A stretch of DNA of 64,000 nucleotides from Felis catus (GCF_018350175.1 NC_058374.1:138384001-138448000); one strand, 5' to 3'. Numbered from the stretch's first letter, positions 12,323 to 24,819 are shown. A program made the numbers and translations. The notes: generated by a model not told the origin, from the letters alone.

Positions 12323-12458
12323 GAAGTGGCTGTAATCTCGCCGATGGACAGCACCCGGGACCCTGGCTGGGCGGAGATCCGGGTGCAGGTTGGGGATGGG
12401 TAGTGGCCGTGGTAGGGTGGGGGCGGTGGCCGCCGGGCAGGAAGTCGGGCGGGCCTAG

Positions 12459-12580
12459 GTTCCACTTGCTGTGTGATCTTGGGCAGGTCGCCTTTGACCT
12501 CTGGGCTTCACTTCCCCCGTCTGTGAAACGGGGACCAATGAGGATTGAAGATGATACCGTGTAAAGTGTCCAGAGTGGGG
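12459..12580 (+). mobile_element. MIR between let-7a-3 and let-7b
   Basis: ccacttgctgtgtgatcttgggcaggtc...ctctgggcttcacttcccccgtctgtgaaacgggga...gtgtaaagtg is the MIR core. Confidence 0.75.
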
Positions 12581-13024
12581 CGGGGCTCAAAGCCGACCCC
12601 CTCCCTCTCCCTACACTGCACTGAGAGCCGCCCCCGTGGCCGGCCGTGGGCACCAGTGGGGCGCAGCCGTGGACCCAGAAGGACGAGGGGCAGCTGAGAC
12701 TTGGCTGGGGTTGCAGGGCTGGCCCCCAGGGACTCCCATGGGCGACCTTAGCGCACCCCCCCCCCCCGCCATGTCCTTCCCAGCCTGCCCGGCTCAGCGT
12801 CTGGGCTCTGGTCAGCGGTGGGACGTCCCCCAGAGAGGGAGGCCGAGGCCGCCCCATTCCTCCCCACTCGCCATTCCAGGCAGGAAAGCGGGAGAAGGCT
12901 CCCCGGAGTCTGGCCCCTTGGGGACACACGCTCCCTACACCACCCCCCCCCCAGCCGCCGACAGCTCGTAGGTGGACGGCGTGGGCCTCACTGTGTGTGG
13001 GGAAGCCCACGGGCCATCTGCGTC

Positions 13025-13121
13025 GTCACTCCTGCCCTGCACCTGCCCAGCCTTCCAGCTCGGCTCCGGTGGCCGCAGACCACCGGGCAGGGGCCGGGGC
13101 TGGGTGCGGGGCAGTGGCGGG
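13025..13121 (+). ncRNA. miR-4763-like GC-rich hairpin (positional orthologue; processing unproven)
   Basis: Arm CTGCCCTGCACCTGCCCAGCC pairs with GGCTGGGTGCGGGGCAG. Sequence and position just 5' of let-7b resemble human mir-4763 as I recall it. Confidence 0.5.
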
Positions 13122-13152
13122 ACATCGGAGCCTCCCGCTCCCCGGGCACCGG

Positions 13153-13236
13153 CGGGGTGAGGTAGTAGGTTGTGTGGTTTCAGGGCAGTGATGTTGCCCC
13201 CTCGGAAGATAACTATACAACCTACTGCCTTCCCCG
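13153..13236 (+). ncRNA. MIRLET7B: pre-miRNA let-7b (5p 13158-13179; 3p 13213-13234)
   Basis: Exact mature TGAGGTAGTAGGTTGTGTGGTT, loop TCAGGGCAGTGATGTTGCCCCCTCGGAAGATAA, star CTATACAACCTACTGCCTTCCC. Confidence 0.98.
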
Positions 13237-13352
13237 AGGAGCCCAGCGACACGTGCCCGCGGGAGGGCCGCCCCCACGGCCGGCAGGCGACTCCGGGGCC
13301 CCGAGCGACGGGCCGGGCGGGCGGGAGGCTGCAGCGTGCACTGCTCGACTTC

Positions 13353-13358
13353 AATAAA
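13353..13358 (+). terminator. Polyadenylation signal of the let-7 host transcript
   Basis: AATAAA about 117 nt after let-7b in otherwise very GC-rich DNA, followed by GU/U-rich downstream tracts (ttgttcgtt, gtgtgtgttgtatgtgtgtg). Confidence 0.75.
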
Positions 13359-15906
13359 GGCTGTTCTGATGTGACTCTGGAATCACGCCTTGTTCGTTCC
13401 CAACGCCCTGGAACCGGGTGACGAAGGTGGGCGCATCGGCCGTGGAGGAGTGTGTGTTGTATGTGTGTGTGAGACTTGGCTGGGGAGCTGGATGCGGGCT
13501 GTGGGGGGTGCCCAGGCCTGCCCCCTGCCTGTCCGTGGGCCTTTCCAACGGGTTCGGTCCCGGACCCCGGGCCCCAGCCCATCGCCCTCACGCCCCTTTG
13601 AGCACAGGCCCCGGATGTGTCTCTCAGCCCCCATCCTGTAGAGAGGACGCCTAGGAGCCCCTTGCAGGGTGGAGCCCAATCAGCAGCTCCGAGCCCAGGC
13701 CAGGGCCTGGCCCCCAAGGCCACCTCAGCACCTCGTGCTCAGAAGTTCCCATTGCCCACACCCAGCTCCTTCGGGACGGCTTTTGGGGAGAGCCCTCATT
13801 CTGGTGGACATCCTTGAGCCAAAGCGTTCACTCACGTTTCTCCCGGAGGCCTCGAGCCTCGTGTCGATGGCCAGTGCGTGCCTGTCCCCACGGTTCCAGT
13901 CTGGCTCCTGGGAGAGGCCTGTCATGCCTGCCCCCGCCCCAAGAGCACCCCTGCGGGAGGGGAGTCTACATCCTGCCCCTGTGCCCCTGGCGCCCGGCAC
14001 AGACCCAACGAGGCCCTGCCTTCCTCAGCTGGAGCCAGCCCCTGAGTCTGCCCACCGCCCCCTGTGAGAGGCAGCTCCAGGCTGGCCCTTGCTGGTGGCA
14101 CGGGGCATACCAAACAGGACACGGACACAGCCCCTAAATGTCCCAGCCTGACAGGAGAACAGATGAGACCTAGAGAGTCCTCAGACGGGGATTCGGGATC
14201 GGGGACCTTGTGACAGGGACCAGGAGAGGCTGTGGAGGGGCCGGCTCAGCCGGGCACTTCTCGGTCGTGTGCAAGCCTTGTGGGGGCCCTCCTCCTGGTG
14301 CTCTGGTCTCTCCTACCATGACTGTCCCCAAGCCACTATTTTGGCCCCAGCCTCCGTCCTGAGCATCCCGCCCCCCCCCCACCACGGGGGGGTCTACACC
14401 TGCCCGCCCTCCGGAAGCCTCTGCTACCCCACAGGTCAGGGACTGTGGGTGCCCAGAGCAGGGGCCCTGAGGGGTGGAGAAACCTAACAATGCTGGGAGC
14501 CGTCTGAGCTGGGTCTTGACGGCTGTGTAGGAGTCCACAACCGAGACTCCCGAGAAGAGACCTCCGTGGAGCGTCTACCCCCTCACCGCTGCCCCCGTCG
14601 TCCTCTGGCATCCAGGGTGGGTGGGAGACTTGGGCACTGCCCACTTCCTTTCCCGTGGTCAGTCAGTGGCAGAGCCTGGCCACTCTTGTCCCCTGAACAT
14701 TGTGTCTGTCCCTGCCCTCTCTGCAGACCCGTTCCATGTGCCAGGCCTCAGAGCTTCTGTTGGGGGGGGGGGGCAACCCCTTTCTCCAGACTCTCCGTGC
14801 TCATACCTGTGCGTGTCCTCACCTGGACCCCTCCTGCTCCCCCCTGCTTCTCAGGGCTCTGAATGCACAGCGCCCCCCTCTGGGTGTCATCCGCTCAGGC
14901 GCCACCTCTGACCGTGGCGGTCTGCGTCTGAGCCGACGCCCTGAGTTCAACCTTTCCCTCCTGACACCTCCACTGTGCCCAGCCCTGCAGTTGGAGAGCA
15001 GCCTGGGACATGTGACAGCCATTCCTTGTGGTCAGCTCCACAGTTGGGGCAGCCTGGGGACTGGGAGAGCCCCCGAGGAGCCCTGGACCCAGCCCTGTAG
15101 TCAAGGATGGCTTCCTGGAGGAGGGATTCACCCTGTGTCTCTTGCCACATTGCAACCGACCAACTTCCAGCCTCTCCTCTGCCGCCTGGGTCTCCCCAGA
15201 GACGAGGGTGTCAGAACCCAGCAAAATGTGGGCCTGAGTGATGGGGGGGGCGTGGCCAGGGTCACCCACCGTGGGTCATCAGCGACACGTGGAAGCCATT
15301 CGGTCCTGAAACACACCAGATGGCGTGGACGGCACGGTCAGAGCAGCTAGTTTGTTCTCGTCCCCTCATCCAGCGCTGGGAAGCCCTGCTAGGTGGCGGG
15401 AAGGGCCCCCACCTTCGGAGACACAGGCCCCGGGCAGTAGCTCTACTCACCAAGCCTCCGTTTCCCCGTCCCGCTAGGTAGGGCGGCCTGCTCTGGCTCG
15501 AGGGGGCGCACGGTGGACACAGAAGGGCAGGGGCCGGGCAGGAGGCCCGGAGGCCAGATTTGCGGCCGGGCGTCTGGCGCCCCCTGCTGCCCGGTCTGGG
15601 CTGTGGCTCTGGCCTGGGGCTGGGCGGCAGGTGAGGCTGGGCAGAGGGCTTGGGCCCCCCGCCCCGTGAGCTCCCCGGGCAGGCCGGGACTGTGCTGAGA
15701 TCAGAGCCAGGGCCACGTGGCACTGAGGGATGGGGCGGTCACCCAGGGCCGGGACTAGGCGAGGGGGCAGAGGCCCAGCATCTCAGGGGCCTCACTCTGG
15801 GGGTCACGTGGCAGGATGGCCTGTCCATCGGTCTGGTGGGCACAGAGCTAAAGCTCACGAGAGGTTTAATTTCAGTTTCCTTTAAAATCCGAGGGAAAAA
15901 TGAATA

Positions 15907-16403
15907 CAGGTGTCCCCCACTATCCAAAAGTAGAGCGCTCCCGTGAAAACTTCCGGAAGCCAAAATGCCGTAAAGCAAAGAAGCAATTACCGTTAATTTA
16001 TATGGGAAATGTTTGAGGGTTTCCAGACGTAATAAATCACCTCCCTTAGCCTTTCTGATACTCTTAGGACCCGTCTTGCTAAAGGATGCACAAACTCACT
16101 CGAGATACAGCACAGAGGCTCACAGACAGGGTTCAGAGCTGAGGCGGCTGGATGCCGAGCGTTCCCCTGGAAGAGCTGGGCAGGGCCGCACGCAGATCCG
16201 TTGCTCAGGGCGCGCACTGTGTCTATACCGGCTCACTGTGAAAACCAGTGCTGAATGCTATCTTCCCTTCTCACTTGTTTTCGTAAAAGGAGAACTCCTG
16301 TTCAGATTTTTTTTCAGTTAGCGAAAAAACAGGTGCTACTATAGCGAAAACGGACGTCTTTTGTAAAAGGCAAACGGCGTCCCGTGAAATCTTGAAAACA
16401 GTG
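15907..16403. mobile_element. Tigger/TcMar-type non-autonomous DNA transposon
   Basis: Begins TA|CAGGTGTCCCCCACTATCCAAAAGTAG as an abrupt AT-rich insert in GC-rich DNA; body resembles Laurasiatherian Tigger MITEs; right end degenerate. Confidence 0.7.
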
Positions 16404-17779
16404 TATGTATACGATAGGTATAGTGAATGATATCATAATACGCAGTATACAACCCCTGACCTCCATAGTAATGAACCTGTCCCGATGTTACATTCATTAT
16501 ATACAACATGTTCTGTAACGTGTTTTACAAAGGAAGGACCCAGGGAGGGAAAGCGCCCCGTCCCACGGAGCAGGGCTGGGACCCGCCAAGAGGGTGAGCG
16601 CCTCCTTCTGCCTCGTCCTGTCCTGCCGTCATCCCCCCCCCACCCCGTCCTCCGTATGGCCCCCTCCCCTGCCCCTCCCTGCCGCTTCCCCCCTCCTCCC
16701 GCCCCCCTGCAGCCAGAGCCCCGGGCCAGCTGCTGAGCAACTCTGCCTTCGTTTCCCGACGGCGACAGCGACACGGTGTGGCGGTGAGAGGCAGTGGAGG
16801 CCGTGAGCGCTGCCCACACCCCCTCCCTAAGGGAGGGGCCCAAGGCTGTGGCAGCGGATGACCCCTCTCGGGCCAGATGCCTCAGGTTCCAGGTCAACTC
16901 AGGGGAGGGGACCCTGGGGACACTTCTGCTCCTCTAGCTTGTGGGGCCTGTGCTTCAGACCGAGCAGGGTCTCCAGCAATTACCCGGTAGCCCCTGCCAG
17001 CAATAGCTGGGGCGGCCCCAGCCTTGGTCCCACTCCCAGAGGGCGCTGAGTCCCAGGGGACACAGCTGGTAGTGTCCCGTTCACCGTCACTGAGCCCTCA
17101 GCATCACTGCCCCCCAGTGGCACAACCACACCCAGAGCAGACCTGTGAGGGGCTTGGGGACCCTCCGTATGCGAGGGTTCAAGGGACTTACGCTGCCTGC
17201 TGGCCTGAGGCCAGGCTCCCTCCGGGGAGGGAGAGGCCCCCCCCAAGCGTGGGAGAGTGGGGGGCACTGGGTTGTTTGCAGAGCTGGAGACGGGGGTGAC
17301 CCCCTGGCAGAGGAGCCTGGAGGGAATGTGTCCCGGGGGGTGAGGCAGGGCCTTGCTGTCGTGACCGTGGCCCCCTGGCAGAGACCTAGGGCCCACCCGG
17401 TGTCACTGAGCAGAGACGGGTCTCCTTGACGGGTCTGAGGGGCCAGAGTGGGCCGGGGGCTGGGGGGCTGGGGAGTCTCCACGCAGCTGGGGAAGGTGCT
17501 GAGCTCTGCCTCTCTCTCTAGAGGGAGAGGGGGCGGTGGCAGCCGGAGCCACGTTGCACATGTCAGACCCTGGACAGCTCGGGGGGCCGAGACAGGCCAG
17601 CGGGGGAGGGGGCCATCCGGGGCCTGAACGATGCTCATCTGGGAAACTGTTGGTGCTCCTGGGAGGACACCCAGGCCCAACTGATGTCCCAGCCTGCTCC
17701 CAGCCGTCGGGCTCTTCCCACTGTCTCAGCACTACCCACCCCATGTTCTAGATCTTCCTGGGCATGCCCCCCTCCCCCC

Positions 17780-17910
17780 CTCACTAGGCTGTGGGCTCCA
17801 GGGACTCGCGGCGTCTTATTCTAGCACTATCCCCAACATCTAGCCCGGTGCCTGGCACACAGCTGGTGCTCAATAAATACCCAGTGGCTGAAGAAATGAA
17901 TTAGAGTGAG
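17780..17910 (+). mobile_element. L2 3' end fragment
   Basis: gtgcctggcacacagctggtgctcaataaata...gaaatgaa is a typical L2 tail. Confidence 0.7.
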
Positions 17911-19128
17911 CACATGGTCTGCTGGGGTGGAGCCCAGCACTCTGAGGGAAGCTGGTGGGAGTGGCAGTAGGGCAGGTGGGTGGCAGGAAGCAGCCTCTGG
18001 GGACCCTGGGGACCAGGCTGGGGAGGGAGCCGGCTGTCCCCCGAAAAGGCCTCGGATCCAATGGGCTCCCTGGATAAATACATCCAGGGCAGCTGCCTAC
18101 AGCGTCCTCTCTTGGAACTGATGAGCCCATGGAAGGCTCTGACAAGGCCTGCACGGAGGGCACAGGCCTCTCGGACTTAGTTTAACCCACAGTTTCTCAG
18201 ACAGGCCTGGTCAAGTCGCACCAGTGGGCGTATCCTCTAGAACAGGAGCCACCCTAGCGAGCTGTAGCCCAGCTCTGCATGTCCCTGTGGCCACCAAGAG
18301 GGCCCTGTAGAGGCAGAGGGCCCCAAGAGGTGGTGGCTAGCAGGCTCGGACCAGAGCAGCGATGCCTGGACAATTGCGGCGACCTTGAAGTGCGTGGGTT
18401 TGAGAATCCCTGGGCAGTGACGCTGAAGGGGCGGGCCTGGGGCTTCGCTGGGTGGCCCAGGCCTCTCCGGATGGACGGGCGGACGGCCACTGAGACAGAG
18501 GGGCCAGGCTGGGAAGGTCCGCAGCGGGTGAGGTTTAGGACATGGCCTTCATGTAAGGTACTCCAGGGACTGACCTTGGGGCCCCACGGGGGCTGGAGGC
18601 CAGGCCTTTGCCCCAGAGGAGCCCCCCGGGCCCCTCACCCCTGCGGACGCAAAGCAGCCACCGTTCCCTTCCTGACGTGGACCGTCAGGTGCGAGGCCGG
18701 CGGCCAGGCAAGGCGGGCCTCGGGACGGCGCAGGGACAGCTCTGGTCCCGTTTCCTCTCGGGTGCCGGCCGACCGTGAGCTCCGACAGCCTGCTGGGATG
18801 GCAGGGCAGGGGCTCGGCGGGCCCAGAGCACTCGCACCGCACCCACTGGGGGGGGGGGGGGCCGCACTCCTCCCTCTGCGGCTTGAATCCCTGCAGGGCT
18901 CGAGTCACTTTGACCTCTGCGCGCAACCAGAAGCAGGCACCGCAGTCACATCAGGAGCTCCGGCCTCTGTCCCTCCCCGAGGGCCCCGGGGAGCTCCCGA
19001 CCCCTCCGTGAGCCTCAGTTTCCCCAGGTGCACCATGAGGAGGGCAAGAACTTGGGGGTCCGGCCCGATTTCAGCCGCGTGTCCCACAAGCAGCGGCTCC
19101 GGTCGAGCCTCCGCGGTGGCTTCCGAGG

Positions 19129-19147
19129 TGACCACCAGGTGGCACCC
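19129..19147 (+). promoter_or_regulatory. CTCF motif
   Basis: TGACCACCAGGTGGCACCC matches the CCASYAGRKGGCR core without mismatch. Confidence 0.6.
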
Positions 19148-19251
19148 AGTGACCGATAGAAGGGCAGCGCTTCCTCTGGCTTCTGTGCTTGGCCTCTGTC
19201 GGCGGGGGGATCTGGGGGGGGCACATTCCCCTGCAGTCCCAAGGCCCCCGT

Positions 19252-19419
19252 CTCACCCGGCTGCGTGGGACAGACTCAGCTCACCCGGCTGCGTGGGACG
19301 GACTCAGCTCACCCGGCTGCGTGGGACGGACTCAGCTCACCTGGCTGCATGGGACGGACTCAGCTCACCCGGCTGCATGGGACGGACTCAGCTCACCCGG
19401 CTGCGTGGGACGGACTGAG
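19252..19419. repeat. Minisatellite, 6 x 28 bp
   Basis: Unit CTCACCCGGCTGCGTGGGACGGACTCAG repeated head to tail six times, with 5 substitutions in total. Confidence 0.97.
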
Positions 19420-22400
19420 CATCAGCCGGGCCACCGTCACAGGAGGCAGGGCCCCCCTCCCCTCACGACACCCCCTGGGTGGGGGCGGTGCTCTGGTGGC
19501 TGGTGGGGGCGGGGAGAGGCGGGACACCCCACCTTCCAGTCACCGGAAGGAGCGCCCCCCCCCCCCAGAGTTCCAGACTCGCCAGGACAAACCGGTGGCA
19601 GGGCGGGCAGGGAGCGTGGGAATGACCACGGCTGGGTGGGCAGCAGATGGGAACTGGGTCCACGTGGGCATGGGAGCCATAGGCTCTTCTAGCCCGGCTG
19701 ACCCGGGTCCCAGCGAGGGGCAGGTGGTGTGACAGGGGAGATGGCCCCACTGGCAGTGGGCAGGCAGTGCGGCCTCACCGGGCCTGGGCGAGGCAGTCCT
19801 GGGGAGGCCAAGGCCAGCCTGCCGTCCTGCCCGGCACGGGGCCTGCCTCCCAGAGGGAGCGACTCCCGGGCCGGCGGTCACACAGTCCTCCCCCAACTGG
19901 CTCGCGGCCTCGGCTTCGTCTCTCGCTCCCGGGAGCAGCACTGGTCACCGTCACCGGAGCCTTCCATTACAGCCACCACCGCCAGCCTCTGTTAATACGT
20001 GCCCGGCACTACCGTGCCGTCTGACCTTCTGTGGCCGTTCCTTTCTTCTCCCCATCTTCAGGAGGAGAAGTCCGCCCGAGGCCCCGCAGCCCAGCAGATG
20101 CACATTCTGCCCGGGGCCTCGGCATTGTTGCACAAACACGGGCACGCCTGGCCTGGCCTCCACCAGCTGCCCTGGAGGCCAGGGTCCAGCCTCTCCGCCT
20201 CTGGGGAGCCTTCCTGACAGCAATCTTTCCCCTCAGCTCCCATGCTTGTACCCAGACGTCCCTGAGCCCCTGGCCCCCCGGGCACTGTGGATAGCTGGGA
20301 GCGGAGGGAGGGGTCCAGGGCGGCCCCATCCCCAGACCTGCCGGGGCAGAATGTTCATCACCTTCAGGTATCGCCTCGGAGGTGCTGCCCTGCAAACGAT
20401 CCTTCGATACATTCCAGGTGTGAGACGGTCCGGGAATGAGCAAAGACTACACAGTAGGGGTAGGGGCTGTGGAGGCACAGGAGAAACAGCAGGGGTGTGG
20501 TGGGGGAGAGCTCATGGACCGCGTCCTGGGACGGCTACGTCCTGAGTTGGGTTTTGTAGGATGAGTAGGAGTCTGGTAGCCACAGAGTAGGAAAAGGAAC
20601 GAGAAGCCCCACCCTCACCCGCTGTGATTGTGTGTGCGTGTTGTGGGGGCCTGTGGAGGTCGCCAGGTGGGTACGCTGATGCGGTCAAAGGGTGAGGAGC
20701 CCTCTGTGGGCACTGGGGACCCACTCATGCCCAAAAGGGAAGGTCGTTTCAAGAACGAGTCTCAGAATTCATCAGGAAGCAATAGTCGCAGGTGTCGGTT
20801 CCGTGTGGGGTCTGGGCCTGTGTCCACCCCGGCCGGACAGTTGGAAGGGAAGCAGCAGCCCTCAAGGCCGGGCCAGCGTGGCTTCTAGAAGGTCAGAGAG
20901 ACGGCTTGAGCACTGGCCGTGCGCCTTCGCCCGGGCCACGTGCGGCTGCGCGGGACCCCCCCGGAGAGGCCCCAGCAGCCACCGGGGAGGCGCCTGCCTC
21001 ATTCCACAGACCAGAAGTCAACGACAGGGAATTCTGTGACTCAGCCAAAGGGGGCCGCGCTGCAACCACGGGTGGCCCTGTGTGGTCCACACCTGAGCCC
21101 CCCCGGGCGTGACCTGGGCCCCCGCCCCGCCGCCCCAGCCCCCTCCTGCACGGGGCGAGCGGCCTGCTGTGGAAGGTCACCTTCCCCAAGTGCCCAGTCC
21201 CAGGGACCGAGGGGCAACACGGCACAGCCACCCTCCACTCCACACCGTCTGAGGCAGGGAGCAAGGGCGTCATTCCCCCCGACCCAGGCTGAGTGTCCTT
21301 TCTGGGGAGGGAGGCCGGGCCGAGCCCAGGAGGAGCCAGCAGAATGTTCAGCCTTGACCCTCAAATCGGGCCGGGGCACCCGTGCGGTGGCTTCAGCACG
21401 GGTACCCCCCAGCCGAGGCGCTCGCTGCTGCCTGGCACCCGCCCTTCTTGGGGCCCTACTCTACGTATGAGCTCCGACTGTGACCCCCCCACCCTGGCAA
21501 GGGTCACCTGGCAGGGGCCCGAGTCACATGTGAGGCCCCACCCAGCCCCACAGACGAGAGGAAGCCTGTGTCTCACGGATTCAGAATGCCCTGGGCTGCA
21601 GCCTCAGGAGACAAGGTCCTGGGGTGTCCAGAGCCCGGCGCAGGGCTCCCCTCCCTGGTCCAGAGCTTCCCGCCTTGCCCCTGGCTCTCCCACCCCACCC
21701 CGCCGCCGAATTCGACATCTCAGTGTCACAGTACTGAGCACCACCCCAGTGAGCCTCAGGAAAGCCCTTTCCAGATGGCGAGACCCACAAGTACAGATGT
21801 CGATCACCATGGCAACAACCTGAGAGCCGTGCTGCAGGAAGGAGGTGCTCCGGAGCCACAGTCCTTTTCCTTTGTGCCCTGTGTCCAGCATGGAGCTGGC
21901 ACTCCGCGAGCATCTGCCAGGCGGACAAATGAGGTGACGCTTCTGTTGGGCTTTGAAGGATGAATAGGAGTTCATCGAGGCGAAGAAGAGAGGCACATCC
22001 CCAGAGGAGGGCACGGTGCGAGCCAAGGCCCAGAGGTGGACAGGAGCTCTGTGTGTCCCGTTGCTGTGGGAGAGGTTGAGGCCCCGCGGTCATGAGGAAG
22101 AAGAAGTCGGGAGCTGGTCCACTGGGAGCCAGTGTGCACGCCGCCCTGCCCTTGGCCTTGTGGGCGCCTCTAGTCCTTTGGCCTGCTTCTCCTTCGTCTC
22201 CCAGTCCCAGCTGCCGCCTCCAGGGGGCCTCCCTGGCACCGGCTGGTGGCACTTTCTGCCTCCCGTGGCTCCTGCCGCTCAGACGGTACCCGGGACAGCC
22301 CGTGTGACCCCCGCCAAGGCTGGACGGCACCCACTGGACCCGTGAAGACAGTGAGGCCAAGGGTGGTGCCAGGGTGACCCACAGCGACAAATCCGGCCGG

Positions 22401-22588
22401 AGTGGGTCAAGCTGGGGATCCCTTACCCCAAACCTGAGGCCAACCCCGAGAAAATGGCACAGAACTCCTTCCGGCTGGATGCCCGCACGGGCACCCTGGC
22501 AGACCCTGGTGAGTGACACGGCCGGGCGGGCCCCCGTGCTGCCCCTCCCCTCCCCCTGCCCTCCCCCACTCCGGCCCGTGGGCCTCTC

Positions 22589-22847
22589 TCTCTCTCTCTC
22601 TCTTTTTTAAATAATTTTTATTTATTTTATTTATTTTAACACTTATTCATTTTCGAGAGACAGAGAGAGACAGAGCACCAGTGGGGGAGGAGCAGAGAGA
22701 GAGAGAGGGAGACACAGAATCAGAAGCAGGATCCAGGCTCCGAGCCGTCAGCCCAGAGCCCGACGCGGGGCTCGAACCCACGAACCTCGAGAACATGACC
22801 TGAGCGGAAGTCAGATGCTTAATGGACTGAGCCACCCAGGTGACCCC
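22589..22847 (-). mobile_element. Can-SINE
   Basis: Full reverse-strand body; TSD ggcccg(t/g)gggcctctc at 22573-22588 and 22848-22863. Confidence 0.95.
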
Positions 22848-24819
22848 GGCCCGGGGGCCTCTCGAAAAGCACCCCACTCGACCTGCCCCAGCAGCCTGCC
22901 CCGCTCTCCCGGGCCCCAGCCTCTCCCCTGGCTAGGGCTGCAGTAGACTTTCCAAGGAGAAAGCTGGGTCACCCCCTCCCGTGTCCCCCATGGCCTTCGG
23001 TCTTGCTGGCCAGTCACTGCTGCCCTATGACAGGTTCCCCTGCCTGTGTTGCCATTCCGTCTTGTGCCCTCCGGCCGCACTGACCCTTCCAGGCCCCCCG
23101 CCTTTGCCCGCATGCCCTGCCAGGAGAGCCCCGCCCAGTGGCCCACCCCTCCTCCTCGTCCCCACAGAGTGGGGACCTGAGCTTCCAGGGTGCTCTCCCA
23201 CCACGCCCCCCCCCAGGCTGGGCTGGCGGCCAGCATGAGGTGCCCCCGTCCTCCCAAGCACATGCAGCTGTCCTGTGCTCTGATCACGGGGCTCGGAGGG
23301 CCGTCCTCCCAGCGCCCAGACTCTCCCTGGGGGTGGCACCAGGGCGGGTGGCGGCTGCCCCTCCACCTCACGGGCGAGGGAGAAACAGGGGCCCCTGGCC
23401 AGCCCCCCCCCCCCCCCGCCATGCGCGCTCAGGAAGTCCTGATGGGAGGCTACAGGAGCAGGCGGGATGCCGTGGCCAGAGCGGGCTCCATCATCTCGCG
23501 TGGCTCTCCCCTGAGGCTGGGTGTCCTCAGGCAAGTTGCGCACCTTTTCTGGGCCTCAGCTGGAGCACGGAGCCACACAGCCTAGAGTGATGGGGGCTCG
23601 ATAAAGCTCCAGGGGTCTGCTAGCGGGGAAGCCCCAAGCGCCCCTCCTCTGGAAAGCCGCCCGGGTCTCCGTCCGCGGACCACGGTCGTGGCTCCCTTCT
23701 CTTCTCGTGCCCCCAGCACCATATTCCCCTGTCCGTCCGGCCGAGACTGCCCCATCCTGGAATCAGCCGGACCAGATGGGGGCCTTTTAGACGGGGCCAC
23801 GGATGTGTTTTGTGGACAAATTACTCACTCAGTGGAGATGGTGAAGGGCTGGGGAAACCAAGGCACAGGGGGTGAAGTGACACCTGTAGGTTCCATGCGG
23901 GTGCCCTCATGCCCGATGGTCACCCTGTGCACTCCCAGCCAGTGCCAGCCCCAGGATTTTTGACCACAGCCTGTCCCAGCTAGAGGGTTCTCGGCGGCCG
24001 GCGGCCGGAGCTGACCTGCCCCTGGGAAGCGCACCCCTGGGGGCTCCATCGTTTGCAGGAAGAGGAGGACGGGCCCCTCCACTTTATTCCCCTGCAAGCC
24101 CTGTGCTCAACGCAGAAGCCCCGTGTCCGGCGGGGGCCCGCTCCCAGGAACAGCTGGGCCACTACCCAGGCCTGGGAACAGAGGCGGGACCTGGCCCCGC
24201 GGGAGGGCCCCCAGCGGCAGCCAGCTCAGACATCGGGGACCTGCCCGAGGCAGACAGGCAGGCAGGGGCCAGAAGCGTGCCCACCGGCTCCTGTCTAGTC
24301 GTCCACCCCTCCCCTGCGACCCGCCTGTTGACCCGGTGGGCTGGGCCCTGCTGCCCCGAATCACCTTAGTCTCAGGCTCTGGGTACTTCTGCCCTGCCCA
24401 TCTCCCAACCAGGAGACGGAGGCCCGGCAAGGTCAACCCAAGGTCACACAGGGGTGAGTGATGGAGCTGGGGTGGGCCACGTCCACGGTCCCAGGCTATG
24501 GTCTCATCCACCACGCCCTGCTGTCTCTGTGCTGGGAGACGGCCCCCCATTTCCCAGGCAGGGAAGCTGAGGCCCGGGGAGGAGCGGCCCCTGAGGTCGC
24601 ACTGGTCAGGAGGAGTCCTAAGTCGTGGACTCGAGACCAGCCTTCCCGGTGGCGTGCCCTCCCCTGGGTGTGGGCCTCCATATTCTTCCCCAACCCTCCC
24701 GAGCAAGAGGGTTCGTCTGTCTGGCCTGAACCAGGAGGGTACAGCTTCATCTGGGAGGCATTACATCTGGGGGTGATGGCAGCTGCTTAAAGCACTCAAG
24801 GGCCGAGGGAGGCGGGGGT

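Larger units (their letters stand above)
1..13380 (+). ncRNA. MIRLET7BHG: 3' part of the let-7a-3/let-7b primary transcript / host lncRNA (5' end outside the window or unresolved; exon structure not resolved)
   Basis: Two + strand let-7 hairpins about 830 bp apart, followed by AATAAA and a GU-rich tract, upstream of the PPARA promoter. This is the known let-7a-3/let-7b/PPARA arrangement. The left extent is inferred from synteny only. Confidence 0.6.

Noticed and set aside
19252-19419. CRISPR-like 28-bp repeats
   Set aside because: Head-to-tail with no unique spacers, no cas genes, mammalian DNA.
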